Assembly: GCA_031272035.1 (NCBI GenBank) | Contig: JAISUO010000034.1 | Span: 790 to 64,789, forward strand | DNA from: Synergistaceae bacterium | GTDB lineage: Bacteria; Synergistota; Synergistia; Synergistales; Aminobacteriaceae | Length of the DNA: 64,000 nt | Direction: 5' to 3' | Part shown: piece by piece, positions 9,896 to 19,205 of the stretch | Numbering within the stretch: position 1 is the first letter of the stretch | Layout: each line of letters opens with the position of its first letter | Program-made: the position numbers and the translations under genes | The notes under the pieces: model-generated | Seen by the model: only the letters and a program-made list of their open reading frames with translations | Database searches by the model: none | What the model was told of the DNA's origin: nothing

Positions 9896-11188
9896 ATGCC
9901 GCCTGACGGTCAGAAAATCAACGCATATGAAATTTTACAGTCCCGTGGCCTCGTGGAGTGGTGCAGCGCTCCGGAAAAATTGCAGGAAGTTCTGAACGAG
10001 GGAATGACCACAATTTACATCGGATTCGACCCTACGGCGGACAGTCTGCATGTGGGGCATCTCATCCCCATTATGGCTCTGGCCTGGATTCAGCGATGCG
10101 GACATCGTCCCATTGCCCTTGCGGGAGGGGGAACCGGCCTCATCGGAGATCCCTCCGGAAAGAGTAAGGAGCGCAACCTCATCACCATCGAAGAAGTGCG
10201 GAAAAACGTGGAGGGAGTCCGTCCTCAGCTGGCGCACTTTCTGGACTTCGACTGCGGGAAGAACTCCGCGGTGCTGGTCAACAACTACGACTGGCTGTCG
10301 GAGTTTTCCTTCCTGGATGTCCTTCGGGACGTGGGCAAACATTTTTCCGTCAATGCCCTCATCGCGCGCGACTACGTCAAAAGCCGCCTGACGGATCCCG
10401 ATAAAAGCATTTCCTATACGGAGTTTTCCTACGTCCTCCTCCAGTCCATGGATTTTCGTCAGCTCTATGAAAAATACGGCTGCCGCCTGCAGATGGGCGG
10501 AAACGACCAGCAGGGCAATCTGGTGGCCGGCGTGGATTACGTTCGCAAAACCACGGAGGGCGAGGTCTTCGGCCTGACTCAGCCTCTGCTCCTGACCGCC
10601 GCCGGAACCAAGTTTGGCAAGACGGAGGACGGGGCGGTGTGGCTGGACCCGAAGCGAACCAGCCCTTACCGTTTTTATCAGTTCTGGATCAACTCCGACG
10701 ACAGAGATGTGGAGCGTCTGCTGAAACTTTTCACATTTCTGTCTCTTGAAGACATTTCGGCGCTCATGGAAGAACACGCAAAAAATCCGGCATTGCGGAC
10801 GGCCCAGCGCCGTCTGGCCTTCGAGATAACCCGGCTCGTTCACGGAGAGTCCACGGCGGAAAGCGTCGTAACCGCCAGCGAGGTCCTCTTTGGTTCGGCT
10901 CGTCTTTCGGAAGTCGGAGAGGAGACGTTCGGGATGCTCAAAGAAGAAATGCCCTTTTCCGTCCTCTCTCAGCCTTTGCCCGGAACGGTGGTAGACGTCC
11001 TTGTGGCCTGCGGAGCCTGTGAAAGCAGGGGAGAGGCGAAGCGCGCTATCAAGCAGGGAGGAGTTACCCTCAATGAAAAACGGGTGGAGGAGGAAGGCGC
11101 TTTGCTGTCGAAAGAGACGCTGCTCTGCGGGCGATACGTTTTTGTTCGCATGGGTAAAAAACGCTTTCATCTCATCGCCTTTAATTGA
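9896..11188 (+). CDS. tyrS: Tyrosine--tRNA ligase
   Basis: HIGH motif as HVGH, KMSKS motif as KFGKT, and a C-terminal S4-like domain. The ATG at 9896 lies 6 nt after GGAGGG; the track starts at the TTG at 9893. Confidence 0.95.
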   Translation: MPPDGQKINAYEILQSRGLVEWCSAPEKLQEVLNEGMTTIYIGFDPTADSLHVGHLIPIMALAWIQRCGHRPIALAGGGTGLIGDPSGKSKERNLITIEEVRKNVEGVRPQLAHFLDFDCGKNSAVLVNNYDWLSEFSFLDVLRDVGKHFSVNALIARDYVKSRLTDPDKSISYTEFSYVLLQSMDFRQLYEKYGCRLQMGGNDQQGNLVAGVDYVRKTTEGEVFGLTQPLLLTAAGTKFGKTEDGAVWLDPKRTSPYRFYQFWINSDDRDVERLLKLFTFLSLEDISALMEEHAKNPALRTAQRRLAFEITRLVHGESTAESVVTASEVLFGSARLSEVGEETFGMLKEEMPFSVLSQPLPGTVVDVLVACGACESRGEAKRAIKQGGVTLNEKRVEEEGALLSKETLLCGRYVFVRMGKKRFHLIAFN

Positions 11189-11244
11189 ATTTAAGTGAAT
11201 TCAACTGAAGATAAACGACAATTAATCGACAATCGGAGAATATT

Positions 11245-12084
11245 ATGAAAAACTGCATTTGGTATGTTTCGGGTTTTCATCGTCCCTGGGAGGCCTCGAT
11301 GGTGGGGAATCTGGCGACCGCCCTGAAAACGGCCGGTTTTCCGGTGCAGGTCTATGTCGCGGGAGGAACGAAGGACATTCGCGTGGAGGGCGTTCTTTCC
11401 TGGAAATCTTTGACGATGTTCGAGCGTTTGGCCGTGGTGCTCTTTCGGGGCGACCTCTGGCATCTCTGGGGTAACCCGCCTTTTTGGTGGAGGTTCATTC
11501 GCCTCAGGGCCCGCACGGTGCATACCCTCCTGGAGGAATCCCCCGCCTGGCAGGGGCACCCCACCCGCCTTTTCCCGGAGCAGACCCTGGAGGGAGAAAG
11601 TCTGGTGAAGCCCACCTTCGAAACCAAAGTCGCTCTGACGGGTGATTCCCCCGAGTCTCTTTCCGCGCTTTTGCTGGCGCTGCCTCCCACGGAGCCCCTT
11701 CAGAAGGCGGTGGAAGCCCTGGCCTGGGAGACGGCTCCGGTGAAAAAAACGGGAAGCGCCCCCGTTTCGGGAGGAGCGATATTTGTGGACGACGCTCCCT
11801 CGAACGCGCTTCTGGCCGCCTGGGCGACAATGCAGGGCATCCCTGTCGTGGCCCGCAAATCTTCACTGCTTGGGGGGCTTCTGGGCAGAGAAGGCTATTT
11901 GGCAGCCGGGGAGGACTCTCAGGACGCCTGGGTCGAGGTTCTCAAAGCTGCCCGCTCCGAAGAGGGAAGAGGGGCTTCGGTGAGCGCCCGTCGTTTTTTG
12001 AAGGAAAAATTCAGTTCCGCCAACGCTGCGGAGTCTCTGATCGAGCTTTACAGTTCCGTCAGCCGAAAGCGGGAAAATGATTGA
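11245..12084 (+). CDS. Hypothetical protein, degenerate GT-B glycosyltransferase-like
   Basis: The C-terminal half (ALLAAWATMQGIPVVARKSSLLGGLLG...ARRFLKEKFS...LIELY) resembles a GT4 C-domain. TTGA stop/start overlap with the acyltransferase gene. Confidence 0.45.
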   Translation: MKNCIWYVSGFHRPWEASMVGNLATALKTAGFPVQVYVAGGTKDIRVEGVLSWKSLTMFERLAVVLFRGDLWHLWGNPPFWWRFIRLRARTVHTLLEESPAWQGHPTRLFPEQTLEGESLVKPTFETKVALTGDSPESLSALLLALPPTEPLQKAVEALAWETAPVKKTGSAPVSGGAIFVDDAPSNALLAAWATMQGIPVVARKSSLLGGLLGREGYLAAGEDSQDAWVEVLKAARSEEGRGASVSARRFLKEKFSSANAAESLIELYSSVSRKREND

Positions 12085-12965
12085 AAGCCGCAGTATGGGC
12101 TCTGGAGGCCCTTCGTAAGTCCGTTCGTCCGGGCTGGCGCGCTTCCGGTCTGACCTGTTTTCTGAAAGGCGTTTTAAACGCGTTCCGCCCGAGAGGCGAG
12201 CGCATCCTCTCGAACCTGGCGATGGTATATCCGGACCGCCCGGGGGCCTGGCGCAAAAAGCTGCGTCGCTCCCTTTACGGTCACCTGGCCTGGACCGTAA
12301 CCGAAATTCTCGCTTTGCAGAGGGACCCCGCCCAGGCTCTGGACTGGATAAGGGAGGTGCAGGGTCTCCAGTATCTCGAATCCCTCCAGGGAGAAAAAAA
12401 AGGCGCGCTTTTCGTCAGCGCCCATTACGGCAACTGGGAGCTCATGGCGTCCTGGTACGCTCAATATCTGAAGTCCGGACGGAAATCCCGGGACTTTTAT
12501 ATCGTATCCCAGAACATGAGAGACAGGGACCTTTCCGCTCTGGTGGAGCGCTACCGAAAAAACACCGGAATAAAACTTTTGCCCAAGAACACCTCGACTT
12601 TGGAAATGGTGAGAGTTCTGAGATCCGGCGGGCACATCGCCATGCTGGTGGACATCTCCTGGATCGGGGGCATCCTTTTGCCCTTCATGGGCCATGAGTG
12701 CACCCACGCCACGGGGCCGGCCGTTTTGTCCCTTTTGGCTTCCGTTCCCGTCGTCCCCATATCCATCCGCAGAGAAAAACCCTTTTGCCACGTGGCGGAG
12801 TTTTTTCCGCCGCTTCCCGTTCCGGAGAACGGTGACCGCCTTGACCGAATCGCTCAGGTGACGCAATCCATCTCCGGCGCTGTGGAAAGGATGATCGACC
12901 TTCGACCTGAACTGTGGTTCTGGCTTCACAACCGATGGAAGAAGGAAAAAGCCCGGGAACTGTAA
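12081..12965 (+). CDS. Lipid A biosynthesis (LpxL/HtrB-type) lysophospholipid acyltransferase
   Basis: SAHYGNWE catalytic motif and the size (294 aa) fit the lauroyl/myristoyl acyltransferase family. Confidence 0.75.
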   Translation: MKAAVWALEALRKSVRPGWRASGLTCFLKGVLNAFRPRGERILSNLAMVYPDRPGAWRKKLRRSLYGHLAWTVTEILALQRDPAQALDWIREVQGLQYLESLQGEKKGALFVSAHYGNWELMASWYAQYLKSGRKSRDFYIVSQNMRDRDLSALVERYRKNTGIKLLPKNTSTLEMVRVLRSGGHIAMLVDISWIGGILLPFMGHECTHATGPAVLSLLASVPVVPISIRREKPFCHVAEFFPPLPVPENGDRLDRIAQVTQSISGAVERMIDLRPELWFWLHNRWKKEKAREL

Positions 12966-12985
12966 ACTGCAGAAAACTGAAGGGC

Positions 12986-14344
12986 TTATTTCTTGCCGCC
13001 TCCGTGCCGATAGAGCACAAAAGCCAGCCCCGCGCACAGAAAATCCAGAATCGGCTGCACCATCATCAATCCAGTCATGGGAACCAGCCGGTTCATCAGA
13101 ACCATGAGAGGTACGTCCACAATGCCCTTGCGAAACAGGGACACGATCAGGGCTTTGCCCCCCTGAGCGGTACCCTGGAACAGCGCCGTGAACAGCAGAG
13201 TGAGGGAGAGAAAGGGCATTGCCATGCAGTGCAGGCGCATGAAAAAAGCGCCTCGGGAGATGGTTTCTGGTTTGTCGATAAAAAATTGGATGAACCTCGG
13301 CGCGAAAATTTCCAGACACGCGACACAGGATCCCGTAAAGATGATGGACACGATGAGCGAATATCTCAGAGCCAGTTTCATGCGTTTTTGGTCTCCCGAT
13401 CCGTAGTTGTACGCCAAAAGCGGCAAAACGCCGTTCGACAGACCCTGTACGATGCTGGCCGGAACCATGTCCACTTTTTTGACGATCCCAAGGGCCGCCA
13501 CAGCGATGGAAGTGTAGGCGGACATCAGGTTGTTCAGCACCGCCGTGGAGAATACGGCGAGAAAAACCTGCAGCGCGGAGGGCAGGCCGACGGAAAACAC
13601 CTGCGCGACGGTCTTCCGGCCGCACCAAAAATTCCAGGGGCTCAGGGAGAGAACCGTTTTTTGGCGGATTTTCCAGAAAAACGCTAAAAAATAAAGAGTT
13701 GCCGCGATGTTGGAAATACAGGTCGCCAGCGCGGCCCCGGCGATGTGCATTCCCAGTCCCCAGGAGAAAATAAAGGGCGGGTCGAGAAGAATGTTGAGAA
13801 CGCCGCCCAGCGACATGCCCAGGGCCGCCTGTTTCGACGCGCCCACCGAGCGGACGAGATGGGCCAGAAACATGTTCAGAACGGTGGGAACTCCGCCGAT
13901 TACAAGAACCCAGAAAAGATAATCCCGAACATAAGGAAGGGTCTCCGCATCCGCTCCCAGCAGCATCATGAACGGCGCGCCGCCGGTAAACACCCCCAGT
14001 GACAGGGCGGAGGTCGTTCCGACGGTCGTCCACAGACAAAAAGAAGAAAGCTTTTTCACCAGACGGTAATCTTCCCGTCCCAGCGCGGCGGAAATCAGGC
14101 TTCCGCCGCCGATTCCGAAAAGATTGGCGATGGCCGTCAGTCCCCAGAAAAGGGGATAGGCAATGGTCACCGCCGCCACCTGACTGTTGTCGCCGAGCTG
14201 CCCGATGTACCAGGTGTCGGCAAGGTTATAGACCATGGCGATAATCTGACTGATGATCGTCGGAACGGCAAGCGTCGCAATTGCCTTTCCCAGAGGCGCG
14301 GATTTAAACAGAAAGGTTTCTCTCTCGCTCAATGACGTCGGCAC
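12986..14344 (-). CDS. MATE family efflux transporter
   Basis: 452 aa, about 12 TM segments, with the typical MATE N-terminus (LGKAIATLAVPTIISQIIAMVYNLADTWYIGQLG). Confidence 0.9.
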   Translation of the reverse strand: MPTSLSERETFLFKSAPLGKAIATLAVPTIISQIIAMVYNLADTWYIGQLGDNSQVAAVTIAYPLFWGLTAIANLFGIGGGSLISAALGREDYRLVKKLSSFCLWTTVGTTSALSLGVFTGGAPFMMLLGADAETLPYVRDYLFWVLVIGGVPTVLNMFLAHLVRSVGASKQAALGMSLGGVLNILLDPPFIFSWGLGMHIAGAALATCISNIAATLYFLAFFWKIRQKTVLSLSPWNFWCGRKTVAQVFSVGLPSALQVFLAVFSTAVLNNLMSAYTSIAVAALGIVKKVDMVPASIVQGLSNGVLPLLAYNYGSGDQKRMKLALRYSLIVSIIFTGSCVACLEIFAPRFIQFFIDKPETISRGAFFMRLHCMAMPFLSLTLLFTALFQGTAQGGKALIVSLFRKGIVDVPLMVLMNRLVPMTGLMMVQPILDFLCAGLAFVLYRHGGGKK

Positions 14345-14414
14345 GGAGTTCGGACCCCTTTATTTAATATAATAGCGCGATGCGCAAAACAGGGTGGGAG
14401 ACCGCTCATAAAAA

Positions 14415-15449
14415 TCAGGTCTGCGGCGTCGTTTTGCGCATTTCCGGACGAGGTTCGCGGAAGAGCAGTTTTTCCAGAGCCTGTTCGATGGAGGCTCCCT
14501 CGTAGAGAATCGCGTGGACGCCCTCGGCGATGGGCAGTTCGATGCCCGTCTCCTTCCCCCAGGCCACGAGAGCTTTTACCGTGTGGGCGCCTTCGACCAC
14601 CTGCCCGATCTCCGAAGCGGCCTCCTGAATGTTCAGTCCCTGCCCCAGGGCGATGCCGAAGCGCAGGTTCCTGGAGTGATGGCTGTAGCAGGTGACCATC
14701 AGGTCTCCCGTGCCCGCAAGCCCCGCCAGAGTCAGCGGAGAAGCGCCGAGGGCCGAGCCCATGCGCATAATCTCGGCCAGCCCCCTGGTCGCCAGGGCCG
14801 CTCTCGCGTTGTCTCCAAAATTCAGGGCCTCCGCAATTCCCACGGCGATGGCGATGACGTTTTTCACAGCCCCTCCCAGCTCTACGCCCGAAAGGTCGCT
14901 GCTGGTGTAGATGCGAAAGTGCGGACTGTTCAGAAGACTCTGCCATTCCTCAGCGATCTCCAGGGATTTCGAGGCGACGACCACCGCCGTGGGAAGGTTC
15001 CGAATGACTTCCTCCGCGTGGCTGGGGCCGGAAAGGGTCCCCCAAAAGAGGGCCTCGGGTTCGGCGGCGGCAAACACGTCCTCCGCGATCTGGTGAGGCA
15101 GTTTGCCCGTGGCGATTTCGATTCCCTTGGCGAGGCTCAGAAACTTCACCGGCTTCTTTCCAGCCATGACGACGGGAAGCGCCCTCTGCAAAACGCCCCG
15201 AAGGTACTGCGCGGGGACGGCGAGAACGACATGGGGAGAAAAGGTGATAGACTCCTCGAAGTCCGGGCTGGCTGTGACCTTCGCGTCCAGCGGGTGTCCT
15301 CTCAGATAACGGGGATTGATGCGCGTCCTGTTGATGGCCTCCGCCTGAGCCGGGTTCCGGCACCAGAGGCGGACGTCATATCCCCTCTGCGCCGCGTAAT
15401 GCGCCATGGCGGTTCCAAAGCTTCCCGCTCCCAAAATTGTTAAATTCAT
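14415..15449 (-). CDS. gpsA: NAD(P)H-dependent glycerol-3-phosphate dehydrogenase
   Basis: N-terminal Rossmann motif ILGAGSFGTA, the conserved GAVKNVIAIA, and the expected length of 344 aa. Confidence 0.95.
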   Translation of the reverse strand: MNLTILGAGSFGTAMAHYAAQRGYDVRLWCRNPAQAEAINRTRINPRYLRGHPLDAKVTASPDFEESITFSPHVVLAVPAQYLRGVLQRALPVVMAGKKPVKFLSLAKGIEIATGKLPHQIAEDVFAAAEPEALFWGTLSGPSHAEEVIRNLPTAVVVASKSLEIAEEWQSLLNSPHFRIYTSSDLSGVELGGAVKNVIAIAVGIAEALNFGDNARAALATRGLAEIMRMGSALGASPLTLAGLAGTGDLMVTCYSHHSRNLRFGIALGQGLNIQEAASEIGQVVEGAHTVKALVAWGKETGIELPIAEGVHAILYEGASIEQALEKLLFREPRPEMRKTTPQT

Positions 15450-15469
15450 GAAAATCCTCTTCGGTCGAT

Positions 15470-16825
15470 TTATGATTTCAACTTATGATTTTTTTCGTCC
15501 ACGATCAGGACGATGCCTTCCAGCGCCACGACCACCGCCCAGGTCCCCTTTGACAGGGGGGTCGCTCGGCCGCTTCGGGCCTTCCAGAGCTCTCCGTGAC
15601 ATTTGACCATGCCCTCGGGGGAGAGGTCTTCGATAACCTCCACGTCAAGCCCGATCAGGCCCTGCTGTCCCGTGGAAATTTTGGCGCGCAGGCTCCTCGC
15701 GATGATCAGCGCGAAAACGGCGAAGCACAGGCCCAGGGCGATTGCCATCCCCGCCAGAAGGCTGACGGATACGTGCAGCAGCTCTCCTCCGGGGGCCCGA
15801 AACAGAAAAACGCCTCCGGCGACGATGACGGCGATGCCCAGCAGGCTCAAAATACCCACGCCGCCCACCAGCAGATCGATGCCCATGACGATGACGCCCG
15901 CGCCCACCAGGGCGATTCCCGCCCAGTTGAAGGGCAGCATTTTGAGCCCGATACTGCCCAGCAGAAGCATGATCGCGCCCGTTACGCCAAGGACAAAACC
16001 GCCCGGCGTGATGATCTCGTAGAAAATGGCGAGCATACCGCCCACCAGCAGCAGGTAGGCGATGTCAGGGCTGGAAAGAAACTGAATCAGACGTTCCTGC
16101 CCCGTCATTTCCACGGAGGCGGGCAGGTTGTTCGCAAATTCGATCTTTGCCGGTCGTCCTCCCACCGTCACGGTTCGTCCCCGTATCGCCGTGAGAAGCG
16201 AGTTCAGGTCGTCCGCCACAATATCGATCACGTTCTCCTGAAGGGCCTCCTGTGCCGTCAGGGAGAGGCTTTCTTCAATCATGTCCTGGGCAATTTTTTC
16301 ATTGCGGTCCCGAAGCTGCGTCAGGGCGCGCATCTGGGCCATCAGGTCATTGGTGATTTTCTTTTTCATATCGCTGTCCGGGACGTCGCCGCCCGACGCC
16401 ACCACCGGATGAGCCGCGCCGACGTTCGTGCCGGAAGCCATGGCGGCAATGTGCGCCGCCTGCATCATGAACGCCCCCGCCGATGCCGCGCGTCCTCCGG
16501 GGGGAACCCACATCACAACGGGAATTTTTGAGGCCAGAATCGCCTGTGTGATGCCTCGGGTTGCCTCGACGAGGCCTCCCGGCGTATCCAGCCGGAACAC
16601 GATCAGGCCTCCGTTGTCCGCTTCCGCTTCGGCAATGGTTCGGGTGACGAACTGTTCCATCTGCACCCCCACCGTGCCGTTCAGAGGCGCCACGAACACC
16701 CTGCCGCTTCCCTGTGCCCGGGCCGGTCCGGCGCAGGCGGAAAGACACAGCAGAGCCGACAGAATCCGGAGAGTCACGCGTCTGAGGTTCTGATGTTGTG
16801 TTTTCGATAAATTCAGGAACTGCAT
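15470..16825 (-). CDS. NfeD-family membrane-bound serine protease (ClpP class)
   Basis: Signal peptide, ClpP-like domain (GGRAASAGAFM), central TM bundle and a C-terminal OB-like NfeD domain. Confidence 0.8.
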   Translation of the reverse strand: MQFLNLSKTQHQNLRRVTLRILSALLCLSACAGPARAQGSGRVFVAPLNGTVGVQMEQFVTRTIAEAEADNGGLIVFRLDTPGGLVEATRGITQAILASKIPVVMWVPPGGRAASAGAFMMQAAHIAAMASGTNVGAAHPVVASGGDVPDSDMKKKITNDLMAQMRALTQLRDRNEKIAQDMIEESLSLTAQEALQENVIDIVADDLNSLLTAIRGRTVTVGGRPAKIEFANNLPASVEMTGQERLIQFLSSPDIAYLLLVGGMLAIFYEIITPGGFVLGVTGAIMLLLGSIGLKMLPFNWAGIALVGAGVIVMGIDLLVGGVGILSLLGIAVIVAGGVFLFRAPGGELLHVSVSLLAGMAIALGLCFAVFALIIARSLRAKISTGQQGLIGLDVEVIEDLSPEGMVKCHGELWKARSGRATPLSKGTWAVVVALEGIVLIVDEKNHKLKS

Positions 16826-18190
16826 CTATAGCCCTCCTTTTTTCAGAGCTTCTTCCAGGTCGTCCACTCGTTGGATTTCAAGCCCCGCGAACTCCGCGCT
16901 TTCGGAGGCGCCGCGCTCTCCGGAGCTGACAATCGCGCGTTTCAGGCCCAGTCGGGCGGCCTCTTTCAAACGCGCGGCGAGCCGCGTCACAGGACGAACC
17001 TCACCGGCAAGCCCGACTTCTCCCAGATAACAGCAGTCGTTGCGCAGAGGCCGGTCTTTCAGCGCGGAGGCCAGAGAGACGCAGGCCGCGAGATCCGCGG
17101 AGGGATCCTGGATAGACAGCCCGCCGGCGATGTTCAGATAGAGGTCGCAGCCGCTGCAGGGGATTCCCGCCCGTTTTTCCAGAACGGCCGTCAGAAGCTG
17201 AAAACGGTTGAGCTCGATGCCCCGGGAGGTTCGTCTGGGGTAGGGAAACGTCGTGAGAACCGCCAGAGTCTGAATTTCCGCCACCAGAGGCGTCGACCCT
17301 TCCATCGCCAGCGTCATGGCGACGCCCGGCACCGCGGTGTCAGAGCGGTTCCAGTACAGGCCGCTCTTGTCCTCGACGGCGATGAGCCCGTTTTCCCGCA
17401 TCTCGAACACCCCCAGCTCGTCCGTGTTGCCGTAACGATTTTTCACCGCCCGCAGCATTCGGTAGGACGAGTAGCCCTCGCCGGAAAAGGTCAGCACGGT
17501 ATCCACCATATGTTCCAGCAGCATCGGCCCCGCCAGCCGTCCGTCCTTCGTGATGTGCCCCACGAGCACGGCGGGAATTTGCGCCGCCCGGGCGGAGTCC
17601 ACGGTTCGCTGGGCCACGGCGCGGACCTGGTTCGGAGTTCCCGGCCAGCCGGTTTCCTCCGGAGCGCGCATGGCCTGTACGCTGTCCAGAATGATCAGCC
17701 CCACGCCCTCCAGTTCGGACAGGGCTTCTTCCAGGTCGGACCCGCAGTACAGGAGCAGGTTCTTCGAAGCCACTCCCAGCCGTTTCGCCCGCAGGGCCAC
17801 CTGAGCGTTTGACTCCTCGCCCGAAACGTAAAGCACGGAAAGCCCCGCGGCTGCCATTCGTCCTCCGGCCTGGAGCAGAAGCGTCGATTTGCCGATTCCC
17901 GGCTGTCCTCCGATCAGCACGACGCCGCCGGGCACCAGCCCTCCTCCCAGCACGCGATCCAGTTCGCCGATTCCCGAGGAAAGACGGGGAGGGGGAGTGA
18001 CGGATACGGCGCTGACCACCTCCACCCGCGGTGATTTTCTGTTTTTGGCGGACGGGGCGGGCGTTACCGTTTCGAGAGTTCCCCACTGCCCGCATGACGT
18101 GCATCTTCCCGTGCGCGTGACGGTCGAAAAACCACAGCTGCTGCATACGTAACGTAACGGTTCTTCTTTGCTCAGCAGAAATCCCTCCAA
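16826..18190 (-). CDS. radA: DNA repair protein RadA
   Basis: Zinc ribbon CSSCG...CTSCG, Walker A GGQPGIGKST, KNRYG motif and a Lon-like C-domain. TTG start. Confidence 0.95.
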   Translation of the reverse strand: MEGFLLSKEEPLRYVCSSCGFSTVTRTGRCTSCGQWGTLETVTPAPSAKNRKSPRVEVVSAVSVTPPPRLSSGIGELDRVLGGGLVPGGVVLIGGQPGIGKSTLLLQAGGRMAAAGLSVLYVSGEESNAQVALRAKRLGVASKNLLLYCGSDLEEALSELEGVGLIILDSVQAMRAPEETGWPGTPNQVRAVAQRTVDSARAAQIPAVLVGHITKDGRLAGPMLLEHMVDTVLTFSGEGYSSYRMLRAVKNRYGNTDELGVFEMRENGLIAVEDKSGLYWNRSDTAVPGVAMTLAMEGSTPLVAEIQTLAVLTTFPYPRRTSRGIELNRFQLLTAVLEKRAGIPCSGCDLYLNIAGGLSIQDPSADLAACVSLASALKDRPLRNDCCYLGEVGLAGEVRPVTRLAARLKEAARLGLKRAIVSSGERGASESAEFAGLEIQRVDDLEEALKKGGL

Positions 18191-18209
18191 TCCATACCGC
18201 TCATTATAT

Positions 18210-18247
18210 TATTGAAAGAATCTATTGAAAGAATTTATTGAAAGAAT
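18210..18247. repeat. 3 x 13-bp tandem direct repeat (TATTGAAAGAAT + 1 nt)
   Basis: TATTGAAAGAAT occurs at 18210, 18223 and 18236, 20-57 nt upstream of the radA start on the minus strand. Confidence 0.9.
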
Positions 18248-18274
18248 GGGGTTGTCCGCCGGAAAATTGCCGGG

Positions 18275-19120
18275 TTACAGCGCGTATACGAGAGAGCCGT
18301 TTTGGGGCGGGGTCGCCGAGAGCATCCAAAGGGCTTTTTGAACCATTTCTTCTCGATATTTCACCTCATCCTCCCTGGACAGGCGCGGGTTTCCGAAAAC
18401 ACATTCCACGCTGTTGCCCCGGAGGATCCGGTTGACCCCGAAGCTTTCGGCAATTTTCGTCAGGTTGGTCGCCTGAACGACGGGAATGCCCACCCGTTCG
18501 ATTTCTCTGGCGATGATCGCCCCGCAGCGGGTGCTGGTGCCGCAGGTCGAAGAAAGAATGACCGCGTCCGCCTCCGTTTCTTTCAGGGAAAGCGCTATTT
18601 TCTCTCCGAAGGCCTCGCTGTTTTCCGCGGGCGTCATCACTCCAGCTAAAGTATAAAAAATGTCTGAAAGTTTCCCAATAACACCCTGACGCTCAAGACG
18701 GCGCAGGGCGTCTACCGGCATGAGTCGATTGGGGTCTTCGAGAATCAGCGCGTTGTTGTAACCCTGGTGACTGATTTCGTAGTCCTCCGGGGAGAGCTGT
18801 TCTTTTCCGTAAAAAGAGTAGATGCAGAATTTTTTGGCGTTTGAGGGCGTCACGTCGTCCGGATTCCCTTTGGGGACAAGGCCTCCGTCCGTCACAAGGG
18901 CGATCTTCGACTCCGACAGAGGACGCGAAAGGATGGGAACAGAGGAAATTTCGGCGTTCGGCATGGGAACTTCCGTGCAGTATTCCTCTTTTCTGTATTT
19001 TGCCAGAAGCATATTGATTCCCCGCTTTGGAGCGGGTACAGAGTAATCGACTGCCGTTTCTCCCACCCCTCTGAGAGCGTTGGGATTTCCCGCGCCGTAA
19101 ACGACCCCGAGATTTTTCAC
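18275..19120 (-). CDS. GrdB-family (glycine/sarcosine/betaine reductase component B) Cys paralogue, lacking the N-terminal domain
   Basis: 281 aa, collinear with residues ~160-438 of the selenoprotein at 21461..22777. It reads SSTCGTSTRCGA where the other gene has ST-UGA-GTSTRCGA. GTG start preceded by AAGGAGG. Confidence 0.7.
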   Translation of the reverse strand: MKNLGVVYGAGNPNALRGVGETAVDYSVPAPKRGINMLLAKYRKEEYCTEVPMPNAEISSVPILSRPLSESKIALVTDGGLVPKGNPDDVTPSNAKKFCIYSFYGKEQLSPEDYEISHQGYNNALILEDPNRLMPVDALRRLERQGVIGKLSDIFYTLAGVMTPAENSEAFGEKIALSLKETEADAVILSSTCGTSTRCGAIIAREIERVGIPVVQATNLTKIAESFGVNRILRGNSVECVFGNPRLSREDEVKYREEMVQKALWMLSATPPQNGSLVYAL

Positions 19121-19205
19121 AGGACAGAACCTCCTTTGTGTACCCTCTTATTGTATCTCATTCTTCGGTCCGGAAACCTCCGGGGACTCTTTTCATATTT
19201 CAGAC

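Noticed and set aside
8287-9906. 539-aa ORF overlapping the beta-CASP hydrolase gene in another frame
   Set aside because: The Arg/Gly/Ala/Pro-rich, low-complexity translation is typical of off-frame reading of GC-rich coding DNA. There is no RBS, and the co-located frame has clear MBL/beta-CASP motifs.
12174-14039. 621-aa minus-strand ORF spanning the acyltransferase and MATE genes
   Set aside because: It crosses a gene boundary and an intergenic region in a frame with an Arg/Gly/Pro-rich translation. The real genes explain the region.
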